Of a DNA stretch of 64,000 bases, positions 45,018 through 54,934 are shown in pieces. The stretch covers positions 35,413-99,412 of the forward strand of contig CAYQJQ010000003.1 of assembly GCA_964417975.1 (NCBI GenBank). The letters are read 5' to 3'. Positions within the stretch are counted from its first letter, which is position 1; the number at the start of each line of letters is the position of its first letter. The notes below the pieces were generated by a model. That model made no database searches. It saw only the letters and a list, made by a program, of their open reading frames with translations, and was not told the origin of the DNA. The DNA is from an uncultured Pseudomonadota bacterium. GTDB taxonomy: Bacteria; Babelota; Babeliae; Babelales; Vermiphilaceae. The translations under genes and the position numbers were made by a program.

Positions 45018-47759
45018 ATGGTAATTTTTTCTACCTTTATCGATATTTTAGATTATTTTTTTGGGAATAATTATGTCCTTATTGGTATTTTTTCGGTGCT
45101 TTTTGTAATTAAAGCTGTTATAGCCTTTTTTTTAATTACCAATTTATTCTATTCAAAAGAATCTAATAAACACGTAAAACTGCTTTTTGGCGTTGTCGCA
45201 TCATCTCTTTTTTGTGATATCCCATGGATATTATCACCGTTTAAACCGTATCTAGACTACAGAATATTAAATTTTTTTGTACGATTTTCATGGATAACAA
45301 CTATAAGTATATATCAAATATTAACGATATTTATCAATAACTTAAAAAATCCATCTAAACACACTTCCTCGTCTCGTGTACAAAGAATATTAATAATTAT
45401 TGGCATAATAATTACATTACCATTTTTCTATATCATCATCACCGATTTTAATTGTCCAAGCTTAAAATGTAAAAATATATTTGAATTTATATTGTCAAAA
45501 GTAACCTCATTTTATACCTGTTGTTTATTAATGCCCATAAGTCTAATCATAACTTTTTATAACCTCAAAAAAGATAATCTACCCCGAATTCTCAAAAAAC
45601 AACTATATCTTTTCTGTGGCGCTATTGTAATTCCAATGTGGATATCAGATCTGATTCAAGCCCTATCAATTATCATTGGTCCTACTACACCATGGATTAA
45701 TACTAACTACACTTTTGTTAATATTACTAATTTACTTATTACCTACGGTATTCTCTACTCTGCACGCAAAATGGTTGGTCTACGCTTCATGAATTTACGA
45801 GAGCAGGTGAGCCTACCGGCTACGGCAAATTTTGTCCATAACACCAAAGATATTTTGCTACAATTAAGCCAAGTAAATTCAGAAACAGAGCTATCTCGAT
45901 TAACCCAAACATTTTTCCGTGACTCATTTCAGATCCCCCTGAGTAAAGTACTAGTGTACATTCGACCATCGAACATACCTACAGTCCCATTAGCAGAATT
46001 AACGGAAAATATTCGCCATACAGATCATCACGAACACCTATTTTCCTTAATAGAGCAATTTATTTATACCAATAAAGGAACCCTTGGTTCTGAACAAAAA
46101 ATATTGGTATATGATGAGCTCATTTTTAGTAACTTCTATGAACAAAACAACAACAGAACACAATCAATCAAGTTACTCGAAACCATTGGGGCTGAAGTAC
46201 TTATCCCGATTTACGTAAAAAACAATATCATAGCCTGTATTATTATAGAACGAAATGCAAAACCCGATAACGAGCTATACAGTGAATCTGAATGTGATCA
46301 CATGCTTATTTTTGCAAGCTATTTAGGTAATTTGCTGCACTTATTGCAACATAGAAACCTTGAAATGCTCATTGCCCAAGAAAAAAAATTAACTACAGAA
46401 TTACACACCCAACAAAAAGAATTAAATCAATACAAAGAAAGTATCCACTCATTTTTGTATGATAGTGACGTAAAATTAATTGGTATTATTTTTTATAAAG
46501 GACGTCATTTTATATTTGGTAATCAGGCCGCAAAACAGATTATCAAAGTCCCCATCAATACACAACGCGGCCATCCACTCAGTAAAACCTTATTGAAAGT
46601 CGCACATCACGTAGAGGAATATCGCATACATCACACTGTCTTTGCAAAAGATGTCGATGGTAGAACTATTGTACTCTCCGGCGTACCACATCTTGAAGAA
46701 AACACGGTGATTATAATTGTATCCTACCCAGATGTTGCCGATATTATCAAAAAGCAGATGTCACTGCTTAATAACCCATCCGAACGGGATTATTTACTTC
46801 ATCTTGAATCAACGCAAGCGGGATCAATTATCAAACAATTCTTACCTGCAGACACACCTACTGTGATACAAATAAAAATTGATATTTTAAAAACAAGCCT
46901 CAGTGATAATGTCGTATTACTTAATGTACACGAGGATGATATAATCCCTATTTTAAGTATCATACAACGTATTAGTGGCCGAGATACTATGTACACATTA
47001 GATGTCAAAGCTCAACAAACCAGCAATAATATTACTATTGACCTTTTTGGCATCAATCCATTATTTGTAAATAACAATCAAAAAACATCAATAATGGTTC
47101 AACTTGCACACTGTGGGCTATTATTTATCAACCATATTGACCGTCTCAACCTAGAAACACAATTACATTTAGTTGAATTAATTAAGTATGGGTATTACCG
47201 ACTCTTTAAATCTGATAAAAAAGAATCTTCTAATGTACGTATCGTCGCAACCACAAGCCGCCCACTTGAAGAACTCATGCAACAAAATCTTATTTTGCCT
47301 GATCTCTACACCTTTTTAAAAACCAATGTCCTTGCAATACCACCATTATATAAAGTGCCTGCCACCGAACTAGAACAGCTTGCGGAAAGCCATTTAGAAT
47401 TGATGATAAAGCAGGACAGCATGAAGCATTTCATACAACTGACTGAGGTAGAAAAAAAACAGTTGAAGGATGGAAAAATTGCAAGCTTTTCTAAGTTAAA
47501 ACAATTAATCGAACTCATCGTTTTGAAAAAAACATATAAATATAGTCCCGATAATACCCATTCACAGGAACCCGTACGTGAAAATAATACCTCACATTCC
47601 CTTGAACATGCTATTAGGTTAGGTAAATTAGCATTAAAGGAAAAACCGCTCATGGAATTACTCTGGAAAACCTATAAAAATCAATATAAAATAGCCACGC
47701 TGCTGGGGGTTAACCGTTCATCAGTCAACAGGCGGTGCAAGATGTATAATTTAGAATAA
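45018..47759 (+). CDS. polytopic membrane sensor fused to GAF-like, PAS-like, degenerate sigma-54-activator AAA+ and Fis-type HTH domains
   Basis: Residues 1-255 contain about 7 hydrophobic helices. Residues 285-445 are GAF-like (..EVLIPIYVKNNIIACIIIER..ECDHMLIFASYLGNLLHLL). Residues 620-800 align by eye with the NtrC central domain but lack Walker A/B and GAFTGA. The C-terminal segment YKIATLLGVNRSSVNRRCKMYNL resembles the Fis/NtrC HTH. Confidence 0.65.
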   Translation: MVIFSTFIDILDYFFGNNYVLIGIFSVLFVIKAVIAFFLITNLFYSKESNKHVKLLFGVVASSLFCDIPWILSPFKPYLDYRILNFFVRFSWITTISIYQILTIFINNLKNPSKHTSSSRVQRILIIIGIIITLPFFYIIITDFNCPSLKCKNIFEFILSKVTSFYTCCLLMPISLIITFYNLKKDNLPRILKKQLYLFCGAIVIPMWISDLIQALSIIIGPTTPWINTNYTFVNITNLLITYGILYSARKMVGLRFMNLREQVSLPATANFVHNTKDILLQLSQVNSETELSRLTQTFFRDSFQIPLSKVLVYIRPSNIPTVPLAELTENIRHTDHHEHLFSLIEQFIYTNKGTLGSEQKILVYDELIFSNFYEQNNNRTQSIKLLETIGAEVLIPIYVKNNIIACIIIERNAKPDNELYSESECDHMLIFASYLGNLLHLLQHRNLEMLIAQEKKLTTELHTQQKELNQYKESIHSFLYDSDVKLIGIIFYKGRHFIFGNQAAKQIIKVPINTQRGHPLSKTLLKVAHHVEEYRIHHTVFAKDVDGRTIVLSGVPHLEENTVIIIVSYPDVADIIKKQMSLLNNPSERDYLLHLESTQAGSIIKQFLPADTPTVIQIKIDILKTSLSDNVVLLNVHEDDIIPILSIIQRISGRDTMYTLDVKAQQTSNNITIDLFGINPLFVNNNQKTSIMVQLAHCGLLFINHIDRLNLETQLHLVELIKYGYYRLFKSDKKESSNVRIVATTSRPLEELMQQNLILPDLYTFLKTNVLAIPPLYKVPATELEQLAESHLELMIKQDSMKHFIQLTEVEKKQLKDGKIASFSKLKQLIELIVLKKTYKYSPDNTHSQEPVRENNTSHSLEHAIRLGKLALKEKPLMELLWKTYKNQYKIATLLGVNRSSVNRRCKMYNLE

Positions 47760-47885
47760 TAAAAACTTTATAATGCATAGTACACAGAGATATTCTATAC
47801 TGTAGCCGTTATTACTATTGTCAATGATTATTACATAAATAAAATAATTGCTATAATAATCAGTTATAAGTAAGGATACATCGCC

Positions 47886-48815
47886 ATGTTGCTATTCGAA
47901 TTTACCGAAAAGATAGAAAAATTTATTAGTTTTTTAACCATAGAAAAAAATGTTTCTCACCATACCATACGAGCTTATCGTACTGATCTCAAACAATTTA
48001 CTGAATTTTGGGAGCAATCGATAACTCCTGCCGAGCAGACACAATTATCACTCAGGCAGATTATAGAACGGTATCTTGTGAGCCTTTTTTACAAAAAAAT
48101 CGATAAATCATCTATAGCACGCAAATTTTCCTGCTTTAAATCATTTGAACGTTATTTAGAACAGGAAGGCATCTATCTCAAACTACATCTCAAACGACCA
48201 CGTCTTGATAAGAAATTGCCTGTTTATTTAAGCGTTGAAGAAATATCACACTTACTGGATGCGGTAAAAGATACCGAGTTACCTACCCGCTATCCCCTCC
48301 GAGACAAAGCAATTTTAGAATTATTATATGCTACCGGGATACGATGTTCTGAATTAGTGAATATTCGGTTTGGCGATATAGATATGAATGAAAAAACCAT
48401 TAGAATCAAAGGCAAGGGAAACAAAGAACGCATCGTATTATTTGGCAAACAAGCAGCACTCAAGCTATCATTATATTTACAACAGGAACGTCCACATATC
48501 CAACGAGCTGAAGATTTTTTGTTACTCAATTATCGCAATGAACCGCTCACTAGCCGTTCTGTTCAGCGTATTATTGCAATGTTTCGACCATTTTTAAAAA
48601 TAGACCGGCCGATTAGTCCACATAAAATACGACATACCTTTGCAACACATTTACTTAACCAGGGAGTTGATTTACGCGTGGTGCAAGAATTATTGGGACA
48701 TCAAGCAGTTTCTAGTACTGAAAAATATACACACGTGTCCCTTGAGGAATTGACCACAATGTGCAATGAAATACATCCCATTAATGACATTATCCAAAAA
48801 CGCCAACAAAAGTAA
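47886..48815 (+). CDS. tyrosine recombinase, XerC/XerD family (second copy)
   Basis: TIRAYRTDLKQF, RCSELVNIRFGDID, HKIRHTFATHLL and LLGHQAVSSTEKYTHV are present; 309 aa. Confidence 0.85.
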   Translation: MLLFEFTEKIEKFISFLTIEKNVSHHTIRAYRTDLKQFTEFWEQSITPAEQTQLSLRQIIERYLVSLFYKKIDKSSIARKFSCFKSFERYLEQEGIYLKLHLKRPRLDKKLPVYLSVEEISHLLDAVKDTELPTRYPLRDKAILELLYATGIRCSELVNIRFGDIDMNEKTIRIKGKGNKERIVLFGKQAALKLSLYLQQERPHIQRAEDFLLLNYRNEPLTSRSVQRIIAMFRPFLKIDRPISPHKIRHTFATHLLNQGVDLRVVQELLGHQAVSSTEKYTHVSLEELTTMCNEIHPINDIIQKRQQK

Positions 48816-48819
48816 TCAT

Positions 48820-50655
48820 ATGAATAATAACCATGATGCACTACTCCAAGAAAAAAGAATGGCGCCTATAATATATGGAACCGTAATCATTTTTCTATTA
48901 ATCATTGGTAAATTAATGTACTTACAAATCAATTTAGCCGACCATTTGGCAGAAAAAAGTACACATAATTACCTACGAACAGAAATTACGGTACCGTTAC
49001 GGGGAAATATTGTTGACCGCCATGAAAAACTTCTTGCAACCAATAGGCCAATAGTCGATCTGATTTGGCAAGGAACCGGTGGGCAAAAACTAGGACAAGA
49101 CCAAGAGGAATTAATACAACTTATAATGACCCTGCTGAATGTACCGTGCACAGAACAGTTACTTTTCAAACAAAATATCATGCGCGCTGAAAGAATGTAT
49201 ACGCGACACCTAATAAAACAAGATATCGATCTTAACATACTCAGTGCACTGCAAGAACGATTTCCGGGACATCAAAACTTGTTATTGAAAACAGGATTTA
49301 AACGATTTTATCCACACCATGATTCAGCCGGCCATATAGTTGGATACCTTAGTTATAGTACTAATAATAACGACCCTGAAGGGAAAATGGGGCTAGAACA
49401 TGTACTCGATCCTGAATTAAAGGGGACCTATGGCGCTTTTTTAAATACTATTAATTCGGTAGGCCGTAAAATTACCGCTCAAGAAATTAGCCCTGCATTA
49501 TCGGGCAGCACAATTCATACCACGCTTGATTTTGACATACAGACACTCTGCGAGCTGGTATTTAATGAAACTTATGTTGGCACCATGATCGTTATGGATC
49601 CTGAAAACGGTGACATTTTAGCGCTGATATCCCGACCTACCTTTGATCCGAATATATTTTTATCACCTATTTCTGCCGAAGACTGGAAAGATATTCAAGC
49701 AAAAAAGCCATTTCTTAATCGTGCATTGAATGCAACCTACCCTCCTGGATCTATATTTAAGTTAATAACGGTAAGTGCCGCACTAGAAAATAAAATTATA
49801 ACGGCTGAATCAGCGTGGTACTGCAAAGGTTATTTTACCTTTGGTGACCGGGATTACTGGTGCCATTGTCGACACGGTCATGGGTTAATTAACGTAACAC
49901 AGGCAATTGCAAAGTCCTGTAATACAATCTGCTTTAACATTGGAACCCAAATTGATATTGACATGTTAGCATCGTATGCGTCTATTTTTGGCTTAGGCGA
50001 ACCAACAGAGATCTTATTTCCTGAAAAAAAGGGCCTCGTTCCCAACCGCCAATGGAAAAAAAGAGCTCTTAAATCACGCTGGTTTACGGGCGAAACACTA
50101 TCAGTGTGTATTGGGCAAAGTTACCTATTGGTAACCCCTATGCAAATAGCACGCATGATCTCTGGTATTTTTACTGGTTTTTTGCCCAAGCCCCGTATTT
50201 TGTTGTCCGAAGAAATAGATCTCACGCCACTGCCTATTCGAGATGAAACCAGAAATATATTAAAACAGTCAATGCGATTAGTGGTTGAAACTGGAACCGG
50301 AAGTCAAGTTAACAAAAACAAAGATTTTAGTATTTACGGAAAAACAAGTACCGCTCAAACCAGCTCATTGGAAAAAAGGACGCTAGGAAGAGAACACCTT
50401 GAACATGGCTGGTTTGTTGCTCATGTACGTTATAAACAACTAAAGCCACTGGTGCTTGTTGTCCTCGTAGAACATGCGGGTACATCGCGTGTGCCAACCG
50501 GAATAGCGCAGAAATTTTTGGTTGGCTATAAAAAACTCATCGACGAACAAAGTAATACCACTCATCAAGAACAGAGCACCTATATTCCACAATTTGACAC
50601 GTCATTACCAAACAATGAAGTAATGGTATACGAAACAGAAGAAGCACTCACATAA
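48820..50655 (+). CDS. class B penicillin-binding protein (PBP2/FtsI-type transpeptidase)
   Basis: It has an N-terminal anchor, RGNIVDRHEKLLATN, SxxK as GSIFK, SxN as SCN, and the KTG box present as KTS (GKTSTAQ). I prefer the ATG at 48820, just after the xer stop; the ORF-track start at 48766 overlaps xer. Confidence 0.85.
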   Translation: MNNNHDALLQEKRMAPIIYGTVIIFLLIIGKLMYLQINLADHLAEKSTHNYLRTEITVPLRGNIVDRHEKLLATNRPIVDLIWQGTGGQKLGQDQEELIQLIMTLLNVPCTEQLLFKQNIMRAERMYTRHLIKQDIDLNILSALQERFPGHQNLLLKTGFKRFYPHHDSAGHIVGYLSYSTNNNDPEGKMGLEHVLDPELKGTYGAFLNTINSVGRKITAQEISPALSGSTIHTTLDFDIQTLCELVFNETYVGTMIVMDPENGDILALISRPTFDPNIFLSPISAEDWKDIQAKKPFLNRALNATYPPGSIFKLITVSAALENKIITAESAWYCKGYFTFGDRDYWCHCRHGHGLINVTQAIAKSCNTICFNIGTQIDIDMLASYASIFGLGEPTEILFPEKKGLVPNRQWKKRALKSRWFTGETLSVCIGQSYLLVTPMQIARMISGIFTGFLPKPRILLSEEIDLTPLPIRDETRNILKQSMRLVVETGTGSQVNKNKDFSIYGKTSTAQTSSLEKRTLGREHLEHGWFVAHVRYKQLKPLVLVVLVEHAGTSRVPTGIAQKFLVGYKKLIDEQSNTTHQEQSTYIPQFDTSLPNNEVMVYETEEALT

Positions 50656-50766
50656 GCGCTATATTATACCGGCAGACACAAAAAGGTGTTCAATCATAAT
50701 AATAATCCCCCCGAAATTAAGAAAACACAACTAAGAGCTCAGAGTTTAAGATGATAGAAACTTAAA

Positions 50767-50796
50767 AAAGCACGTACTGGGTTCAGTACGTGCTTT
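50767..50796. terminator. bidirectional rho-independent terminator (PBP gene / rpsT convergent pair)
   Basis: The core stem is agcacgtactg (50769-50779) / cagtacgtgct (50784-50794), extended by A-T pairs. The loop is ggtt, and A-runs and T-runs flank both sides. Confidence 0.7.
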
Positions 50797-50874
50797 AATA
50801 GTTTTTATTGCAAAATAGTTTCGTTATGTAAAATAAATGCAGTACGGATTGACCGCATAACGAAACTTAACAGC

Positions 50875-51204
50875 CTATTTATTGCCTTTATCGGCAGTAG
50901 TACGGCGTGTTGCTAGAGCAACTTTTTTAGCAAGGCGACTCATTTTACGGGCAACTGTATTTTTATGAAGAACGCCCTTGCCTTTTGCGCGGCTTAGCTT
51001 TGACTGAGCAGCTGATAATAAATCTTTTGCTGCTGCAACGTCACTTACTTCCAACGCTGTATGCACTTTTTTAACCGCAGTTTTAATAGCAGTCTTTCTT
51101 GCTACATTCCGCTGACGGCGCACTTCAGATTGCTTAGCTTTTTTTTCAGCTGAGGTTAGTTTAGATACTACCTTTTTATTTTTCCCGGTTTCATTTTTTG
51201 CCAT
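50875..51204 (-). CDS. rpsT: 30S ribosomal protein S20 (with a C-terminal basic extension)
   Basis: SAEKKAKQSEVRRQRNVARKTAIKTAVKKV matches the S20 N-terminal consensus. At 109 aa it is longer than the roughly 87 aa typical length. Confidence 0.85.
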   Translation of the reverse strand: MAKNETGKNKKVVSKLTSAEKKAKQSEVRRQRNVARKTAIKTAVKKVHTALEVSDVAAAKDLLSAAQSKLSRAKGKGVLHKNTVARKMSRLAKKVALATRRTTADKGNK

Positions 51205-51219
51205 GGATTATCATCTTTC

Positions 51220-51423
51220 TTAAACTACTTTGTGTACTTTATTTGCCTTAACACACTTGGTACATACTTTACCACGTTGTACTTCATTTTTACTGTCACC
51301 AGTAATTTTATAGGTAATAGTGTGTACGTTTGGATACACCCAGCGTTTTACCTTGTTATTAGCATTACTAACTAAATTAGCCACCTGAGGCTTTTTACCG
51401 CAGATTCCGCAAATGCGTGCCAT
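51220..51423 (-). CDS. rpmB: 50S ribosomal protein L28
   Basis: MARICGICGKKPQVANLVSNANNKVKRWVYPNVH matches the L28 consensus (MSRVCxxxGKxPxxGNNxSHAxNxTKRRFxPNL). Confidence 0.85.
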   Translation of the reverse strand: MARICGICGKKPQVANLVSNANNKVKRWVYPNVHTITYKITGDSKNEVQRGKVCTKCVKANKVHKVV

Positions 51424-51529
51424 TAATAACCTTTCCTGTCCTGTATAAAATTTGATAATCTCTATGACCAGTATAACCTAATAGGCTTTTTTTTCAATAC
51501 ATTATGTATGCTGATAAGTACCTTTTTCG

Positions 51530-53380
51530 TTAATCCTCACTCACTGGTTTATCTGTAGTAAAACGATGATCCACTCGAGGCTCCATGCCAAAAAGTTCAT
51601 AAACCTCAGCAGAAAACAACGTCTCTTTATCCAGCAGTGCTGTTGCAAGTTTTTCTAATTTATCACGATTTTCAGATAATAAGACACGTACCTTTTCATA
51701 ACATTCGCTCATAATGCGACGCATTTCGTTATCGATTTTGGCGGCTGTTTCATTTGAATAAGCCTCATTTTGAAAATCATAAATGATACTTCCTAGCTCC
51801 TGAGACATACCATACACGCAGATCATATTACGAACAATGCGCGTTGCTTGTTCAAAATCACTATGAGCACCCGTGCTTACTGAATTGAATGCAATTTCCT
51901 CAGCGATACGCCCACCCAAGGCAACCATAACCTTTGCCTCAAGTTCCTGTTTTGAATAATTCTGTTTTTCTTCTTCAGGTAAAGAATAGGTCACTCCCAA
52001 CGCTTTGCCACGCGGTATGATAGTTACTTTGTGTAGTGGATCACACACACCTTCAGGCAACAGGACATTGACTAAAGCATGCCCCGCTTCATGGAATGCA
52101 GTTTCACGACGTTGTTTTTCAGTAACAATCATCGTTTTATTTTTTTTACCTACAATAACTTTATCGCGTGCCTCTTCAAAATCTTTGAACGTCACGCTAT
52201 CTTCGTTCAACTTAGACGCAATAATAGCAGCTTCATTAATCAAATTCGCAAGATCAGCACCACTAAACCCGGGGGTGCCGCGTGCAATGCGTTCTAAATC
52301 AACATCAGTACCAATGCGAACACCTTTAGCGTGAAGCGTCAAAATTTCAAGTCGACTACGCACATCAGGAAAAGGAACAATCACTTCACGATCAAATCTA
52401 CCGGGGCGCAATAATGCCTTATCTAGGACATCAGGACGATTAGTTGCTGCAATAACAATAACGGGCTTATTAACGGTATCGGTAGAAAATCCGTCCATCT
52501 CAGTCAACAATTGATTAAGGGTCTGCTCCCTTTCATCATTACCACCGCCAAGACCACTACCTCTATGACGACCTACTGCATCTATTTCATCTATAAAAAC
52601 AATGCTTGGCGCATTACGACGAGCTTGTGCGAACAAATCGCGTACACGTGCCGCTCCAACACCAACAAAAACCTCTATAAAATCAGAACCACTAGTGCTA
52701 AAAAATGGACAATTTGCTTCACCTGCAACTGCTTTAGCAAGCAATGTTTTTCCGTTACCCGGCTCCCCAATCAAAAGGACTCCGCGGGTCATCTTTGCAC
52801 CAAGTCGCTTGTACTTCTCCGGATTTCTCAATACATCAACTATATCTTGTAGTTCTTCTTTTGCTTCAACGGCGCCAGCAACTGAGGAGAAATTTTCTTT
52901 AATAGTTGCGGGCATAAACATACGTGCCTTGCTCTTACTCATCGTAAAAACATTACCCCCACCACTATTATTGCCCGCATTGCGTGATTGCCTCAAAAAG
53001 TACATCACCCCAAAAGCTATGAGCATTAAAATGAATGGAATTAATAGATACCAAAAGCTATTCTTGGCCGAAGAACTCTCAACGACTATATCAACCTTAT
53101 GTTCCCGCATCACTGCAAGGTCAGCCAAATTATTTTGCGGAACAGATGCCTCAAAGCGGGAACCATCATTGAGTACTCCAAAGACATCCTGCCCTGAAAT
53201 ACGTACCACCTTCACCTCATTTTGTTCAACCTTTTCCATGAACCCGGAATACGTAAAACGTGCAATTTGCCGACTGTAATCGGTTAACTTATGTACAACT
53301 AAAGAACCTACAAAAAGGGTTGCCAAAACAACCAAAAGAGCATTTTTAGGCATTTGCCCTGAAAACATATTTTTTCTCAT
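51530..53380 (-). CDS. ftsH: ATP-dependent zinc metalloprotease FtsH
   Basis: It has two N-terminal TM helices, Walker [19 protein letters not shown], Walker [12 protein letters not shown], an SRH region and the zinc site HEAGHAL. Confidence 0.95.
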   Translation of the reverse strand: MRKNMFSGQMPKNALLVVLATLFVGSLVVHKLTDYSRQIARFTYSGFMEKVEQNEVKVVRISGQDVFGVLNDGSRFEASVPQNNLADLAVMREHKVDIVVESSSAKNSFWYLLIPFILMLIAFGVMYFLRQSRNAGNNSGGGNVFTMSKSKARMFMPATIKENFSSVAGAVEAKEELQDIVDVLRNPEKYKRLGAKMTRGVLLIGEPGNGKTLLAKAVAGEANCPFFSTSGSDFIEVFVGVGAARVRDLFAQARRNAPSIVFIDEIDAVGRHRGSGLGGGNDEREQTLNQLLTEMDGFSTDTVNKPVIVIAATNRPDVLDKALLRPGRFDREVIVPFPDVRSRLEILTLHAKGVRIGTDVDLERIARGTPGFSGADLANLINEAAIIASKLNEDSVTFKDFEEARDKVIVGKKNKTMIVTEKQRRETAFHEAGHALVNVLLPEGVCDPLHKVTIIPRGKALGVTYSLPEEEKQNYSKQELEAKVMVALGGRIAEEIAFNSVSTGAHSDFEQATRIVRNMICVYGMSQELGSIIYDFQNEAYSNETAAKIDNEMRRIMSECYEKVRVLLSENRDKLEKLATALLDKETLFSAEVYELFGMEPRVDHRFTTDKPVSED

Positions 53381-53629
53381 ACGTATAATTTTTTTGTATA
53401 ACTATAAAAAACACCCAACTAAACACAAGCAACGGCCTCACCGGAGTTTTTTGACCTCCCTACCCTACGTCCCCTCTACGCTAGCCATTTTCTATCTCTT
53501 TGGGAATAATACTACAATTTTGGCATTATGTCGACAGTATCAAGCGGTATATTATTAAAAAATATTCCAGAAATTAAGGCCGATTCCAGGAAATATTTCT
53601 TCATATTACACTCTATCACGACTTTCCCT

Positions 53630-54925
53630 TTAACCTTGCGCAGAAAAAGGAGACCAAGCTGGCCAAGTACACCGCTGATTGGAAGGCGTCAACGTACGCG
53701 TTACTCGTGATCCAAGATGAATAATAACAATAGAAGCTGTTGTATCATGGTCAACCGAATACGCAAGGTAATTTCCACAGGGTGACCACGTACAATTATC
53801 TTTATGCCCGCTATCTTTCGTTATCTGATCATGGGCATTACGCGCTCGATCCCACACAAAAACCTGCAAAACTCCATCTGTTTTACGTGAATATGCAACC
53901 TTTTCCTGATGAGGATGACACGCTGGAGACACGGCATACCCTGAACCATTTGTTACAGGAAAAACAGCGCCAGTTTCAAGTACAAAACCATAAATATGTG
54001 GCGTGTTTTTAATATAATCCGAGCAAAAATAAACCGTTTTGCCGTCTGATGAAAAAGAAGGAGAAATCACCTGCCCAGATAAGGTACATAGCTGTTTAAC
54101 GCCATCTGGTGTTCCGCTGTACAACTGACTCACTCCACGACCTTTGGATGCACAATACACCACTTTTTGCCCATCTGGTGAAAAGGAAGGTAACATATTG
54201 AGACCATCAAAATCAGATACCGTCTGTGTTCTTTTAAAACGATCCAAAGCACGCAAACGGATATTAGAACGAGTATGTTCATAGAAAAAAAGTAACGGAT
54301 TTTCTGTATCATTATTCCACCGAAGTCCTCCATGTACGGTTGGCACAGTAACCAGAGGACGCATATGTTCACCATCAAAATCCGCTAACATAATATGTTG
54401 CACCGTCCTACCATTGGATAAATAATGATCCTGACAGTAGGCAATTTTACTACCAAAACACCCAGTTTCCCCAGTCAATAAAGGCCATATGAGATTAGCA
54501 AGTCTATGCATTGACCGAACAGAAGAAGTTCCAACACTGTTTAGCCGTTTACCACTCATCATTGAGGCCGTGGCGGTTTCATATAACCTATATTCGATAA
54601 AATGATATGATGGAATCGTCAAAAACAATGCTAACGGATATCCTTTATTAAAAAATTCTTTTATATCACTATTTTTAGGTACTGACTCTACTATACAAGA
54701 ATGCACAGCACATTGCCCACTCAATTCAAGGTCTTTTACTAAATAATCTATGGCGTCAAACTGTTGCACACCGGTCTTTGGTTGAATAACCACTACCATA
54801 ATAGGAATCTTTGTAGAAACTGCAGCATGACGCTCTATAGTAATGTTTGCATAAACCAATAAACTATTTGAAATACCTATGAGTGAAACTAGTGTTACCA
54901 GCAAAAAACGCGCGAACATGTTCAT
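53630..54925 (-). CDS. tolB: TolB-like periplasmic beta-propeller protein
   Basis: It has a signal peptide and an N-terminal alpha/beta domain. Repeated propeller blades follow (PSFSPDGQKVVYCAS, PSFSSDGKTVYF, PACHPHQEKVAYS, TWSPCGNYLAYSV). It lies downstream of tolQRA. Confidence 0.8.
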   Translation of the reverse strand: MNMFARFLLVTLVSLIGISNSLLVYANITIERHAAVSTKIPIMVVVIQPKTGVQQFDAIDYLVKDLELSGQCAVHSCIVESVPKNSDIKEFFNKGYPLALFLTIPSYHFIEYRLYETATASMMSGKRLNSVGTSSVRSMHRLANLIWPLLTGETGCFGSKIAYCQDHYLSNGRTVQHIMLADFDGEHMRPLVTVPTVHGGLRWNNDTENPLLFFYEHTRSNIRLRALDRFKRTQTVSDFDGLNMLPSFSPDGQKVVYCASKGRGVSQLYSGTPDGVKQLCTLSGQVISPSFSSDGKTVYFCSDYIKNTPHIYGFVLETGAVFPVTNGSGYAVSPACHPHQEKVAYSRKTDGVLQVFVWDRARNAHDQITKDSGHKDNCTWSPCGNYLAYSVDHDTTASIVIIHLGSRVTRTLTPSNQRCTWPAWSPFSAQG

Positions 54926-54934
54926 ATCCCTTAT

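Noticed and set aside
50818-50866. An 11-bp inverted repeat (gtttcgttatg / cataacgaaac) with a 27-nt loop, right after the rpsT stop.
   Set aside because: It could be an extra terminator or an RNA element. However, the large loop, the absence of a U-tract and the strong hairpin terminator 20 nt further on make an independent function unsupported.
52602-53279. A 225-aa + strand ORF, together with 52511..52852, 52005..52334 and 52079..52297.
   Set aside because: All lie antisense within the well-supported ftsH gene and have no motifs or start signals. These are typical shadow ORFs.
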